The translations under genes and the position numbers were made by a program. From the sequence record PV660458: a stretch of 42,378 bases of DNA. The stretch is one strand, 5' to 3'. Shown one piece after another: positions 23,157 through 33,440 of the stretch; the first letter of the stretch is position 1; every line of letters begins with the position of its first letter. The notes under the pieces were generated by a model. The model did no database searches. It was given only the letters and a program-made list of their open reading frames with translations, and was not told the origin of the DNA. The stretch comes from Escherichia phage LF82-23.

Positions 23157-25589
23157 GTGGATTTACTTGCAGAGCAGATTCGACTTGAAGAAGAAGCGCG
23201 AGCCAGACACCGCGAGGGCTGGCTGGATAATATCAAAGAGGCGATGGCCAGTGGCCGCGCCGGGTCGGTGCCGTTGCTCCAGCGTATGATGGTTGAGGCT
23301 TATCCTCTGGTCGAAGCTGCGATGCAAGAAACCCTGAACGAAACGACCCGTGGGTATGGTGCGCAGTACCGGACGTACATGCGTGAGATTGGCACCAAAG
23401 CGTGTGCCTCTCTCGCACTGAGCATGGCGGTGTCCGGTGCTGCGTCGGAGCAGGCGGTACTCAGCCTGCTCAAGAGCATGGGCAAGGCACTGATGGCTGA
23501 GGTGGTGTACCTCCGGGCGAAGCAGACCGGGCCACAGCAGGCGGCGTACATGGAGCGCGTTAAGCAGGATGTGAAGAAGTCTCGCTCGAAGTCAGCGAAC
23601 CACGTCTACAACAAAGCGCGTGCGTCGGCGGCGAACGTTGGGGTGGAGATTGATGTGCTGCCGCAGCGTGCGCTGATTACCATTGGCAAGCTGATGATGA
23701 AGTGCGTCGAGCCAACTGGTCTGGTGTCCACGATTCGCGTCGGCGGCAACCAGCGGCAGCGCGGTACGGCACACTTTGCACTGCATGAGGATGTGCTGGC
23801 TACGATGAACGACTGGCTGGACATGCCGCGTGCTGATGGCATGTGCTGCCCACCGCTGATTATCCCGCCGAAGCAGATTGCGCCGAACGGTCGCAGCGGT
23901 ATGTGGCATTCGGATGGGCAGGCGGCGATGTACCGGGTCATGAGTCGCATGAACCACAAAGGGTATCGTGCGTTGAACGTTGACCCGACCCCCGTTATAG
24001 AGCCGTGTATGATGCTCAGCAGCGTTCCGTACCGAGTTAACCCAATGGTACTGGAGTTCCTGCGAACGAACCGTACAGGCGTTATGGGGCTGCCTGTGCC
24101 GCCTCGTGAGCCTACACTTCCGTTTACCATCCCCGCTGGTGTGAGCTTCGCGCAGTACATCAGCAAGTTCCCACCAGAGATGCAGCAGCAGATGGACGCT
24201 GAGGCTCATGAGTACAAGGTGAAGACTCGCTTGTATTACAATGAGTTGCGTAAGTTCACATCGCAGATGCTGGCGCTGAACGGTGCAGTCAAAGAAGCAG
24301 ACAGGTACGCCCAGTATGATAGGATTTATCTCCCGACTTACGCCGATACGCGGGGCCGAATTTATTATTCTTCGACCCTTAACCCTCAGTCTATCGACGC
24401 GGTGCGAGCGCTGCTCGAACTTGCTGAACCAGTGGCTCTCGGAAGTGAGGGGCTGTTCTGGCTCAAGGTTCATGTTGCGAATTGCTTCGGCTACGACGCA
24501 ACCGACTTCGATGACCGGGCGGCGTGGACGGACAAAACACTCCCCCGACTACGTGAGGCGTGCCGTCTTCCAGAGGCATTTGATTCGTTCTGGTCAGAGG
24601 CCGATAGCCCTATCTCAGCGTGGGCTGCATCTGTTGAACTCATTCGAGCTATCGACAGCGGAAGTCCTGAGACTTATCCCTGCCGAGTGGTTACGCAATG
24701 GGATGCTACATGTTCAGGTCTCCAACACCTCAGCGCAATGCTACGAGATGAAGTTGGGGGTGCTGCTGTCAATCTTATCAATAGCGTGGGGCGAAAGGCA
24801 GACATATATCTCAAGACGGCAGCAGCGGCGATGCAGGCTCTTGAAGATAGTGAAGCGCAGTCACCGACGCAGATGGGTACGTGGCTTGTTTCAATCGGCA
24901 TTGTACGGGCGATGGCTAAGAAACCAGTGATGACGTACGTGTACGGGGCAACCCGGCACGGGATGGTGGACTACTACTGCCTGTACCTGCGTGAGAACCG
25001 GGTCAAGCTACCGGACGGCAAGAGCCTGCTGGAGTGTGCGCAGTTCATCGCAGAGTTCATGTGGAATGCAATCCCTCGCGTTGTGCCGAAGGCGGCAGAG
25101 CTGATGGCGTGGTTGCAGGCTATCGCGGTGGAGGCGGCAGCCAACGGCGAGTACGTGGAAATCATTGCACCGTCAGGGTTGCGGGTGGTTAACCTGTACC
25201 AAGCTAGCAAGGAGACGATGCTCAACAACATCAACCTCATGGGTATCCACAGCATTAAGCTGCGCGAGTATCTGGACAAGCCGGACGGCAGGAAGTGTGC
25301 CGCTGCGATTGCTCCGAATTTCGTACACGCCATGGATGCCAGCCACATGATGAAGGTGCTGTGGGAGATGTGGAATAACGGGGTGTACATGGTATCCATC
25401 CACGATTCGTTCGGGGTGGCGGCTGCACATGCCGGGCTACTTCACAAGGTCATTCGTGAAAAGTTCGTGCAGATGTACGAGCAACATGACCCAATTCAAC
25501 AACTTGCTGTACGATACAATGCTGTTGCACCTGAACGTGGCAATCTGGATATCCAGCTTGTGAAACAATCAAGCAAGTTTTTCTGCTAA
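23157..25589 (+). CDS. single-subunit DNA-directed RNA polymerase (T7-like)
   Basis: [25 protein letters not shown] and VSIHDSFG match T7 RNAP catalytic segments ([20 protein letters not shown], HDSFG); GTG start with AAGGAG 5 nt upstream. Confidence 0.9.
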   Translation: [810 protein letters not shown]

Positions 25590-25593
25590 TAAA

Positions 25594-25645
25594 TAGTGAT
25601 ATGTATCATTGACTTAAATGAAAGTGTCTATAGTGATATGTATCA
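25594..25645 (+). promoter_or_regulatory. repeat cluster downstream of RNAP gene: TAGTGATATGTATCA x2 flanking conserved 16-mer ATGAAAGTGTCTATAG (candidate phage promoter / origin)
   Basis: Direct repeats at 25594-25608 and 25631-25645; 16-mer at 25618-25633; location corresponds to the promoter/origin region after gene 1 in T7. Confidence 0.4.
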
Positions 25646-25699
25646 CGCTACCGGTAGCCCCGTCAGTGGCGGGGGTTACTGCCACTCAGAGAGGATTGT

Positions 25700-25885
25700 A
25701 TGGGTAGAGAATCTCCACTTGAAAGAGTTCAGTTCACTAAAGCTCAGTTAGCTCTACTGGAAAAGCACTTCGGTACATGGTCTCAGGTAGGTAAGACTGT
25801 CACCCCCGACACTAACCTACCTCTGATTAACAGAGAAGCTGGTAAGCAAGACGTTCTGGATTTCATCAGAGAAAGAGTGATTTGA
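25700..25885 (+). CDS. hypothetical protein (61 aa)
   Basis: GAGAGGA 6 nt upstream of ATG. Confidence 0.5.
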   Translation: MGRESPLERVQFTKAQLALLEKHFGTWSQVGKTVTPDTNLPLINREAGKQDVLDFIRERVI

Positions 25886-25886
25886 A

Positions 25887-26306
25887 ATGAAAGTGTCTAC
25901 TATGGGAAATACATCACACACGACGATGCCACTCGACATTCGCCGTGCTGTGGCCGAAGGCATTCAAGCTGAGCGGCCATGGTCAGACCTATCTCCCGAT
26001 GTGATTGTTGACAGCATGTACGAGGCCACCGCCTCCGGTTGTGTTGACGTTTACATCACTGACGATGACGGCAGCCTCATGGCTGTTGCTCACATCGGCA
26101 GGTTATTCGATATTCATGTGGGTGAGATGGTGGTCGTTATGGCCTCATACGTCTGGCCCCAGTACAGAAACCGTGGAGTGATGCGTGCCATCCTCCGTGT
26201 ACTCAAAGACGTGGCCCGTTCTGCGGGTGTACGTTGGTGCGGTTACTCCCATATGGTGCGGCCTTACGTTCAGGAGTACCGCTTCATTGATTTGGAGAAA
26301 CCGTAA
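25887..26306 (+). CDS. hypothetical protein (139 aa); weak acyltransferase-like resemblance
   Basis: Start overlaps third copy of the conserved motif (ATGAAAGTGTCTACTA); segment YRNRGVMRAILRVL only loosely GNAT-like; start uncertain. Confidence 0.4.
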   Translation: MKVSTMGNTSHTTMPLDIRRAVAEGIQAERPWSDLSPDVIVDSMYEATASGCVDVYITDDDGSLMAVAHIGRLFDIHVGEMVVVMASYVWPQYRNRGVMRAILRVLKDVARSAGVRWCGYSHMVRPYVQEYRFIDLEKP

Positions 26307-26566
26307 TGGGTAGCGTAGGCAAAGTATTCAAGGGCATTGGCTCCGTCTTCGGACTGGGTAGCCAAAAGCCGCAGTACACTATCAAGACTGACCCGGCGCA
26401 GGTCAAGGCTCAAGCTATGCAGGCCAACCTCGCAGCCGACTTGTCGAACGAGAACACCCCAACCATTCAGGCAGGTGGCCAAGTAAGCTCGGCCTCTGAT
26501 ACGCTGGGTGGTCGCCGCCGCCGCACCGGAACTGGTGTGGCAAGTAACCTCGGCATTGGGAGCTAA
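26306..26566 (+). CDS. hypothetical Gly-rich small protein (86 aa)
   Basis: ORF immediately upstream of portal gene. Confidence 0.5.
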   Translation: MGSVGKVFKGIGSVFGLGSQKPQYTIKTDPAQVKAQAMQANLAADLSNENTPTIQAGGQVSSASDTLGGRRRRTGTGVASNLGIGS

Positions 26567-26568
26567 GC

Positions 26569-28134
26569 ATGACTCAAGACGCGCAGAACGTCAGCTATGA
26601 GTCTCTGTGGCAGAAGTACCGGGATAGTAACGTTGTCACGAAAGCGCGGGAGTACAGCCGCTACACACTGGCCAAGCTGGTGAGCGAGTACGACCGCAGT
26701 GACGTGGACGACATGAACCGCCAGCAGATTACTCGTGATTACCAGTCTGTCGGCGCTCTGCTCGTCAACAACCTGACCGCTCGGTTGGGTGAGTTCCTGT
26801 TCCCGGCTTCCGCACGATTCGTGAAGCTGAAATTAAACAAGGTGTCTGACCAACAGCGGCAGTCTATGTCTCAAGTTAATCAGGCGCTTATCACTATTGA
26901 GAAGGCCATCGTAGACAAAGCCAAAGAGAATGGCGGCTACGCTGACCTGCTCCAGTGCATTGCCCAACAAGCTGTGACCGGAAACGCCGCGCTGTACCGC
27001 GATATGGAAACTGGTTCGTACCGAGTGTACGGATTGGAATCCTTCGTGGTGCAGCGCGACGGTCGTGGTGTTGTGGTGGATGCTATTGTCAAGGAGCGCA
27101 TCCAGTGGGATTCTCTGCCGAAGGACTTTCAGAATGAGCTGAACTCCAAAGGCTTCCGCTGTGGTGGGAACAAACGCGTGTGGCTGTATACCCGCGTCCT
27201 TCGCGTTCAGAAGGACAGTGGTAACTACGGCTATGAAGTAACGCAGCAGATTGGCAACTACCAAGGCTGCGTCTATACCCCCGGTAAAGATTACTACCCT
27301 GAAAAAGTCTGCCCATGGTTATTCCCAGTGTGGTCTTTGAAGTCTGGCGAGCATTACGGTCGCGGGATTGTCGAAGACCACGCTGGGGATTTCGCACGTC
27401 TGTCGCTCCTGTCTGAGCATTCTGCTCTGTACATGCAGGAAGCGCTACGCGTGCTGTGGATGCTCACTGGTTCTGGCGGCAACGTCGATGACATTGAGAG
27501 CGCAGAGACTGGGCAGGTCATTCCACTCCAGAACGGCACCACGTTGTCGGGGCTGGAGGTCGGGGATTACCAGAAAGTTCAACAGGCCCGTGACGAAATC
27601 AACCAGATTGTGCAGCGACTGGCGCAAGCCTTCATGTACACTGGCGAGTTCCGTGACTCCGAACGTACCACCGCCACCGAAGTGCAGCAGGTAGCAACCA
27701 GCGCCGAGCGTGGGCTGGGTGGGCCGTACTCAATGCAGGCTAAGACCCTCCAGATTCCTCTGGCGTATGTCCTGCTCGCGGAGATTGACGAGTCCACCGT
27801 ACCAGATATCGTCGGCAACATCCTGTCGCTTCAAGTCGAAGCTGGCTTGGATGCTCTCGGTCGAAGCATTGAAGCTGAGACGCTTATCAGAGCGCTCTCC
27901 GACTCGCAGGCAGCAATGGTTGCTGTCCAAAATATTAATGGCGTTGCTAACACCATCGACCCTCAGAAAGTCCTTGAGGTTATCTTTGCCTCCAATGGTG
28001 TTGCGCTGGACGACTATCGTAAGTCGCCACAAGACTTGGCCCAAGAAGGTCAGGCCATCGACAATGCAGCCGCTGCCGCCGCTGGCGTACAGCCGGGCGC
28101 AGTTGATGTAGCGCCTAACATCGCACAGATTTAA
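26569..28134 (+). CDS. head-tail connector (portal) protein
   Basis: 521-aa ORF, first large gene of the structural block; synteny portal-scaffold-capsid-tail tube as in T7 gp8-gp12. Confidence 0.75.
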   Translation: MTQDAQNVSYESLWQKYRDSNVVTKAREYSRYTLAKLVSEYDRSDVDDMNRQQITRDYQSVGALLVNNLTARLGEFLFPASARFVKLKLNKVSDQQRQSMSQVNQALITIEKAIVDKAKENGGYADLLQCIAQQAVTGNAALYRDMETGSYRVYGLESFVVQRDGRGVVVDAIVKERIQWDSLPKDFQNELNSKGFRCGGNKRVWLYTRVLRVQKDSGNYGYEVTQQIGNYQGCVYTPGKDYYPEKVCPWLFPVWSLKSGEHYGRGIVEDHAGDFARLSLLSEHSALYMQEALRVLWMLTGSGGNVDDIESAETGQVIPLQNGTTLSGLEVGDYQKVQQARDEINQIVQRLAQAFMYTGEFRDSERTTATEVQQVATSAERGLGGPYSMQAKTLQIPLAYVLLAEIDESTVPDIVGNILSLQVEAGLDALGRSIEAETLIRALSDSQAAMVAVQNINGVANTIDPQKVLEVIFASNGVALDDYRKSPQDLAQEGQAIDNAAAAAAGVQPGAVDVAPNIAQI

Positions 28135-28144
28135 TGGAGAATAC

Positions 28145-29371
28145 ATGTTTGGTGAATCCCAACCTACTGCCGCACCCGCTCCCCAAAACGTACCCGCTGG
28201 CCCGACCTATGCTCCCTCTGGTCACGGCGGTAATGATTATGGTGGAAGCCCACAGGTGGTACAGAACCCAGCGTTAGGCCGACTGGGTACGCCTATCGAG
28301 TTACCTCGTGGTGGCGCTACCCCGCAGCCAGCGCAGCCGTTCGGACAGCAGCCGGGCCTGATTCCTTCACAGGAGCACAACCCGTATGCACAGCCCCAAC
28401 AGGGAAACCCAAGTCCTTACGCACCCGTACCTCAGCAGAACCCGTATGGTGCTCCGCAGCAGACCTCTCCGTTTGCGGCACCACCAATTCCGGTTAATGG
28501 GTATCAGAATCCGGGCGCAACGCCTCCGGGCCAAGCGGCTCCGGCACAACAGTTCCAACAGCCTGTAGCACCACAGCCTTATGCTTTCGACCCGTATGGT
28601 CGTCAGCCGGGTCAACAGCCGCAGGCGCAGCAGCCTCAGCAGCAACAGCCTTTCCAGCAGTTGCAGCAGCAGCCGGGCCAGCCACCGCAGCAGTTCCAGA
28701 ATCCCAACCTCACGGCTGATAAACTGGCGACTCAAGAAGGTGGCCTGACCGCAGAGCAGGTTGCTCAGATTTTCCCGGACGATACCAGTCGCGCCGTATT
28801 CCAAGGCATGGACACCATTGCCCGTGGCCAGAACATCGACCTGCTCGCAGCGTTCGGTTCTGCCTATGAGCGTCGTGACCCTACTCTGGTTAATGAGCGT
28901 TATCTGGCACAGTTCGACCCACAGACTGTATCAATCCTCAAAGGTCAATTCGGCGCACTGGTTGCGGCTGGTCAGCAGCGCGATGCTGCAATCGAGCAGC
29001 AGGTTTACCAGATGGCTGGTGGCGAGGAACGATGGGGTCTGGCTGTACAGGCATTCAATACTGCCGCTGATAAAGGCACCATTGATGCTGTTGTTGCGGC
29101 TGTGAACTCCGGCGACCCTAATCAGGTACGTCTGGCAGTGAACACCATCCTCCAGTTCGCTGGTTCCGCAGGGAACTTGATTCAGCGCTCTGGACAAACT
29201 TTGACGCCTAATGGTGGCGGTCAAGCACCTCGTGAGGTTATGACCAACGAGGCATTCCGTCAGCATCTTGGCTGGCTTGAGCAGGCGCATCCTGTTGGTT
29301 CCCCGGAATACAACAAGCATTACGCCGTACTGGTAGAGCAGCGCCGTCAGGCTAAAGCTCAAGGTTACTAA
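28145..29371 (+). CDS. scaffolding protein
   Basis: Pro/Gln-rich low-complexity protein between portal and capsid genes. Confidence 0.65.
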   Translation: MFGESQPTAAPAPQNVPAGPTYAPSGHGGNDYGGSPQVVQNPALGRLGTPIELPRGGATPQPAQPFGQQPGLIPSQEHNPYAQPQQGNPSPYAPVPQQNPYGAPQQTSPFAAPPIPVNGYQNPGATPPGQAAPAQQFQQPVAPQPYAFDPYGRQPGQQPQAQQPQQQQPFQQLQQQPGQPPQQFQNPNLTADKLATQEGGLTAEQVAQIFPDDTSRAVFQGMDTIARGQNIDLLAAFGSAYERRDPTLVNERYLAQFDPQTVSILKGQFGALVAAGQQRDAAIEQQVYQMAGGEERWGLAVQAFNTAADKGTIDAVVAAVNSGDPNQVRLAVNTILQFAGSAGNLIQRSGQTLTPNGGGQAPREVMTNEAFRQHLGWLEQAHPVGSPEYNKHYAVLVEQRRQAKAQGY

Positions 29372-29391
29372 TTTCTTCGTAAGGATTTCTC

Positions 29392-30384
29392 ATGGCTGAT
29401 AACGCTTATACCCCGAACCAGTTCCGTCCACACTGGGGTGGCGCGAACTCTGACAACGACATTCACCTTGAGGTGTATGACCGTGACGTGCAGACCCAGT
29501 TCATTTACAACTCCATCTTCCGTTCCGGTCTGACCAACTTCAAGTCTGTGGCTAACCAGTCCAACACTTGGCGTGGCGACCGTCTCGGCTCTGTGACCGT
29601 TAAAGGTCGTCGCTCTGGCGAGGCGCTGGACAACCAGCCAGTTCGCTCTGAGAAACTGATTGTCACTGTGGATACCGTGTCCTACATCCGTATCCCGATT
29701 GACTATCAGGACGACTGGACTGCGCCGGACTTCCGCGCCGAGCTGACCCGTAATATGGGTACTGCTCAGGCGAAGGCGTTCGACCAAGCACACGTCATCC
29801 AGCTCCAGAAGTCTGCTGACTTCGTGCCTCCGGCTTCTCTGGCAGGTGCGTTCAACGCAGGTATCAAGGAGCAGGTCACTCTGACTGGCACCGTGGCATC
29901 TGAGGAAGATGACGCGTCTGCGCTGGTGCATGGCCACAAGAAAGCTATCGAGGCGTTCATTCGCCGCGACGCTGACCTTGGCCGTCTGGTTACGCTGATT
30001 GACCCGGCGTGGTTCAGCATCCTGCTGGAGCACAAGAAACTGATGAACGTTGAGTTCACTGGTGGCCGTGGTGTCAACGACTTCGCAATGCGCCGTGTGG
30101 CTTACGTGAACGGTATCCGTATCATCGAGAGCAACGCGTTCCCGCAGGCGGCAATCACTGACCACATCCTCGGCCCTGACTTCAACGTCACTGCCGACGA
30201 GATTCAGCGCAAGATGATTATCTTCGACCCGTCTCTGGCTCTGGTCACTGTCGAAGCCCAGCCGCTGTTCAACCGCGTATGGGATGACGAACGTGAACTG
30301 ACCAACGTTCTGGATAGCTTCCACATGTACACCGTGGGCCAGCGTCGTCCAGACGTGGTGGCAGTCGTCACTACCGAGACCTAA
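29392..30384 (+). CDS. major capsid protein
   Basis: 330-aa ORF at the gp10 position; followed by a terminator-like hairpin. Confidence 0.8.
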   Translation: MADNAYTPNQFRPHWGGANSDNDIHLEVYDRDVQTQFIYNSIFRSGLTNFKSVANQSNTWRGDRLGSVTVKGRRSGEALDNQPVRSEKLIVTVDTVSYIRIPIDYQDDWTAPDFRAELTRNMGTAQAKAFDQAHVIQLQKSADFVPPASLAGAFNAGIKEQVTLTGTVASEEDDASALVHGHKKAIEAFIRRDADLGRLVTLIDPAWFSILLEHKKLMNVEFTGGRGVNDFAMRRVAYVNGIRIIESNAFPQAAITDHILGPDFNVTADEIQRKMIIFDPSLALVTVEAQPLFNRVWDDERELTNVLDSFHMYTVGQRRPDVVAVVTTET

Positions 30385-30394
30385 TGGTAAACTC

Positions 30395-30417
30395 GAAGCC
30401 CTTCTCTGAGGGGCTTC
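30395..30417 (+). terminator. hairpin downstream of capsid gene (candidate terminator / RNA-stabilising element)
   Basis: Stem GAAGCCC (30395-30401) / GGGCTTC (30411-30417), 9-nt loop, followed by U-rich TATGATTAT. Confidence 0.45.
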
Positions 30418-30440
30418 TATGATTATCACTGGGAGGTTTT

Positions 30441-30989
30441 ATGACTCTACTCGAAGCAGTAAACATTGTTCTTCGAGCATTGTCCGAACACACCGTATCT
30501 TCAACTGAGATTCGAAACCCGTCCGTTACCCTTGCACTTGACAAGATTGGTATCGCTCAGGAAGAAGTTCTCACTGATGGTTGGTGGTTCAACAATATTC
30601 GAATCACCATCCCTCGCGAAACGGATGGTAGGGTTAAATATCCCGCCGACGCTCTTAGCTTCATCCCTGATGGGTTTGAGTGCATTGTGCGCGGCGGGTA
30701 TCTTTACAACGCGCAATCCCAAACCTTTGTTTTTACAGAAGATGTTCCGGGATTGGTGACTTATGATTTGGGCTGGGATGACCTACCAAGTCCGGTGCAA
30801 AGACTCGTTGCTTATCAAGCAGCTATCTCTGCGTATGCCGATGACATGGGAGACAACCCACCTGCCAGCGTGACGGGCGGTTACGCCATGGCGCTCCAGC
30901 AGTGCCAGACCATTCATACCCGTCAGCGTCGATTCAATGCTCGCCAGCGTAAGAGCTGGTGGCGCTATGAGAGTGCTCGGAGAGGATAA
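30441..30989 (+). CDS. tail tubular protein A
   Basis: 182-aa ORF at the gp11 position. Confidence 0.7.
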   Translation: MTLLEAVNIVLRALSEHTVSSTEIRNPSVTLALDKIGIAQEEVLTDGWWFNNIRITIPRETDGRVKYPADALSFIPDGFECIVRGGYLYNAQSQTFVFTEDVPGLVTYDLGWDDLPSPVQRLVAYQAAISAYADDMGDNPPASVTGGYAMALQQCQTIHTRQRRFNARQRKSWWRYESARRG

Positions 30990-33439
30990 TGCCAGTATAC
31001 CAAGGCGCTTATAAATCCATCCTCGGCGGCGTGAGCCAGCAGGTCTATACCGACCGCCAGCTATCGCAGGTTGAGGAACAGGTCAACATGACCTCTGATA
31101 CTGTTCGTGGCCTGCGTAAACGCCCCGGCACCCGACTGCACCGTACTGTGGATTCCACTAACGCGAACGTCTGGAGCCTTGGTAACTTCGGCCACTTACG
31201 CTTCTATACCACTAACCTCGGATGGGGCATCACCACGTTCATCGTCAACACGAAGACTGGTTATGTCACGTCCATCGTCGAGACCGAAACTGTCCAGTTC
31301 ATGGGCCAGTCCAGCTATCTCGTCACGAACAACCCCGACGACATTGTATTCGCTACCGTGGGCAACACCATGTATGTTGCCAACTGCTCCAAGCTGCCCG
31401 TGCTTCTGGAGAACGAGACGCGTATGAATCCGGGTCGCCGGGGTTACTACTTCGTTATCGCTGGTGCCTACGGCAAGCAGTTCACTGTTCGCGTGCAGAC
31501 CAAGCTCGGCGCGGTCAGCGCAACGTACACTACGCCTGAAAGCTCAGCGACCACGGGCAATCCATCGCAGGAGTCCACGCCGGAGTACATTGTCGGTCAG
31601 CTCAAGTCTCAGCTCGACACGCATGTAGGCGGGGCTGAGGGTATCGAAGTCGTGGCACAGGACGGCGCGTACCTGTACATCCAGTGTACCGAAGCTGCTG
31701 CTGACATGAACGTGTCCACCTCAACTGGCTCAAGCTATGCCATTGCCTCCAACACCCACACTGTTGACCTGACCACTAAGCTGCCAGCGCGACTGCCTGC
31801 ATCTGCTGGTGGATTCATCATGACTGTTGGCGATGCTAACTTTGCCCAGTATTTCCAGTGGAGTTACAACGACTCCCGCTGGATTGAGAAAGGTGCTTAC
31901 GGCTCCCCCACCGGGATTAACCCAAGCACTATGCCATTGGTGTTCAGCACGACCTCGACAGCGAACCAGCACACCTTTGCTCAGGGTGTGTGGCCGGGGC
32001 GACTGGCTGGCGATGACAAGACCAATGCCATCCCAGCATTCACCGATGCCGATGGCGTGGGCATTACCGGGCTGGCCTCCTTCCAAGGTCGCCTGATTGT
32101 GTTCTCCGGGCCGTACATCACCATGGGTTCCAGTGACAAGGAAGACCGCAACAACTTCTTCCGTACGACTGTGACGCAGGTGTTGGACGACGACCGTATC
32201 GAGTTCACTGCGTCCAGCTTCGCCGGGGCATCGTTCCGGTACGGCATCCCGTTCAACTCCGACCTGATTCTGGCCAGCGAAGAACACCAAGCTGTCATCC
32301 CCGGACGTAACCAAATCCTCACGCCGAACAACGCCACCGCTGTGTTGACCTCGACGTACCAGATGGACACTGGCGTAGCGCCGACCACTTCTGGCCGCAG
32401 CCTGTATTACGCGTACCCGCGCTCGAACAGCTCGTTCTCCATCAAGGAGATGCTGCCGTCCGGCTACACGGATTTGCAGTACGTGAGTCAGGATGTGACC
32501 GACCACCTACCGACCTATCTGGAAGGGGCCAACTCATATATCTCTGCCAGCACCACGAACAACATCGTCGTGTTTGGCTCGACCACTGAGAAGTCAACGC
32601 TCTACGTGAACGAGTACCTCTGGTCTGGTGACGAGAAGGTTCTGTCCTCGTGGCATCGCTGGGAAATCTACGGCACCGTGCAGGCTGCGTGGTTCGTCCG
32701 TGAGGTTCTGGTTGTGCTGGTTGAGCAGCAGGGCCACATGAACTTGCTCACGCTATCTATGCGAGACTCCCCTGACCCTACTGACCCGGCGCGATTCCTC
32801 CCGGCCATCGACTACGCCCAGTTGATGACTGTGACGAACCCGGCCACGGACAGTTCGTACATTCAGTTCGCCGCCACTGGTGAGCAGAAAGCGCTGTGGG
32901 ATATCATTCAGTACCGCTACCAGACTGAGGGCAACTGGGATTTCATGACGAACGTAGTGCCGTCCGGCAACTACATCGGGGCTGAGGTGGGTGTTAAATC
33001 CATCGACACCACGAACCGCCGTGTGTATCTCCAGCCTTCATACGGCAGCACCTCGCTGTATGTGGGCCTGCGCTTCAAAGCAGTGTTCAGTCCTACGCCG
33101 CCACGAGTGTTCAATCAGGACGGCTCGTACATGGACGTGAACAAGATGGTCATCATGCACTACAACTTCACGTTGCGGTACACGAGCCTGTTCAATATCA
33201 CAGCCAGCGACCGGGGCGCGTACTCTGCGCTGAACATCATCAGCAGCCCTATCCGGTACACCAGCCAAGAGCTGGGTCTGGAGTCTGCGATGTTGGCTAA
33301 GCGTGCGCACTTGAAGGTTCGCATGGGTCTTGAGGTGGAATCCAGCAGCATGGTCGTGGACTCGTCTACGGCTGGCGACCTGAACATTCAGGGGCTTGGC
33401 TACTACATCAAGTTCTACAACAAAGTTCGGAGAATCTAA
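30989..33439 (+). CDS. tail tubular protein B
   Basis: 816-aa ORF at the gp12 position; ATAATG overlap with the preceding gene. Confidence 0.7.
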   Translation: MPVYQGAYKSILGGVSQQVYTDRQLSQVEEQVNMTSDTVRGLRKRPGTRLHRTVDSTNANVWSLGNFGHLRFYTTNLGWGITTFIVNTKTGYVTSIVETETVQFMGQSSYLVTNNPDDIVFATVGNTMYVANCSKLPVLLENETRMNPGRRGYYFVIAGAYGKQFTVRVQTKLGAVSATYTTPESSATTGNPSQESTPEYIVGQLKSQLDTHVGGAEGIEVVAQDGAYLYIQCTEAAADMNVSTSTGSSYAIASNTHTVDLTTKLPARLPASAGGFIMTVGDANFAQYFQWSYNDSRWIEKGAYGSPTGINPSTMPLVFSTTSTANQHTFAQGVWPGRLAGDDKTNAIPAFTDADGVGITGLASFQGRLIVFSGPYITMGSSDKEDRNNFFRTTVTQVLDDDRIEFTASSFAGASFRYGIPFNSDLILASEEHQAVIPGRNQILTPNNATAVLTSTYQMDTGVAPTTSGRSLYYAYPRSNSSFSIKEMLPSGYTDLQYVSQDVTDHLPTYLEGANSYISASTTNNIVVFGSTTEKSTLYVNEYLWSGDEKVLSSWHRWEIYGTVQAAWFVREVLVVLVEQQGHMNLLTLSMRDSPDPTDPARFLPAIDYAQLMTVTNPATDSSYIQFAATGEQKALWDIIQYRYQTEGNWDFMTNVVPSGNYIGAEVGVKSIDTTNRRVYLQPSYGSTSLYVGLRFKAVFSPTPPRVFNQDGSYMDVNKMVIMHYNFTLRYTSLFNITASDRGAYSALNIISSPIRYTSQELGLESAMLAKRAHLKVRMGLEVESSSMVVDSSTAGDLNIQGLGYYIKFYNKVRRI

Positions 33440-33440
33440 T

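Noticed and set aside
7032-33440. Upstream start codons offered by the ORF track (7032, 7385, 8369, 9265, 9413, 9775, 10226, 21580, 22187, 33396).
   Set aside because: These extensions begin inside conserved intergenic elements or in upstream genes and lack RBS; downstream ATGs with good Shine-Dalgarno spacing were chosen instead.
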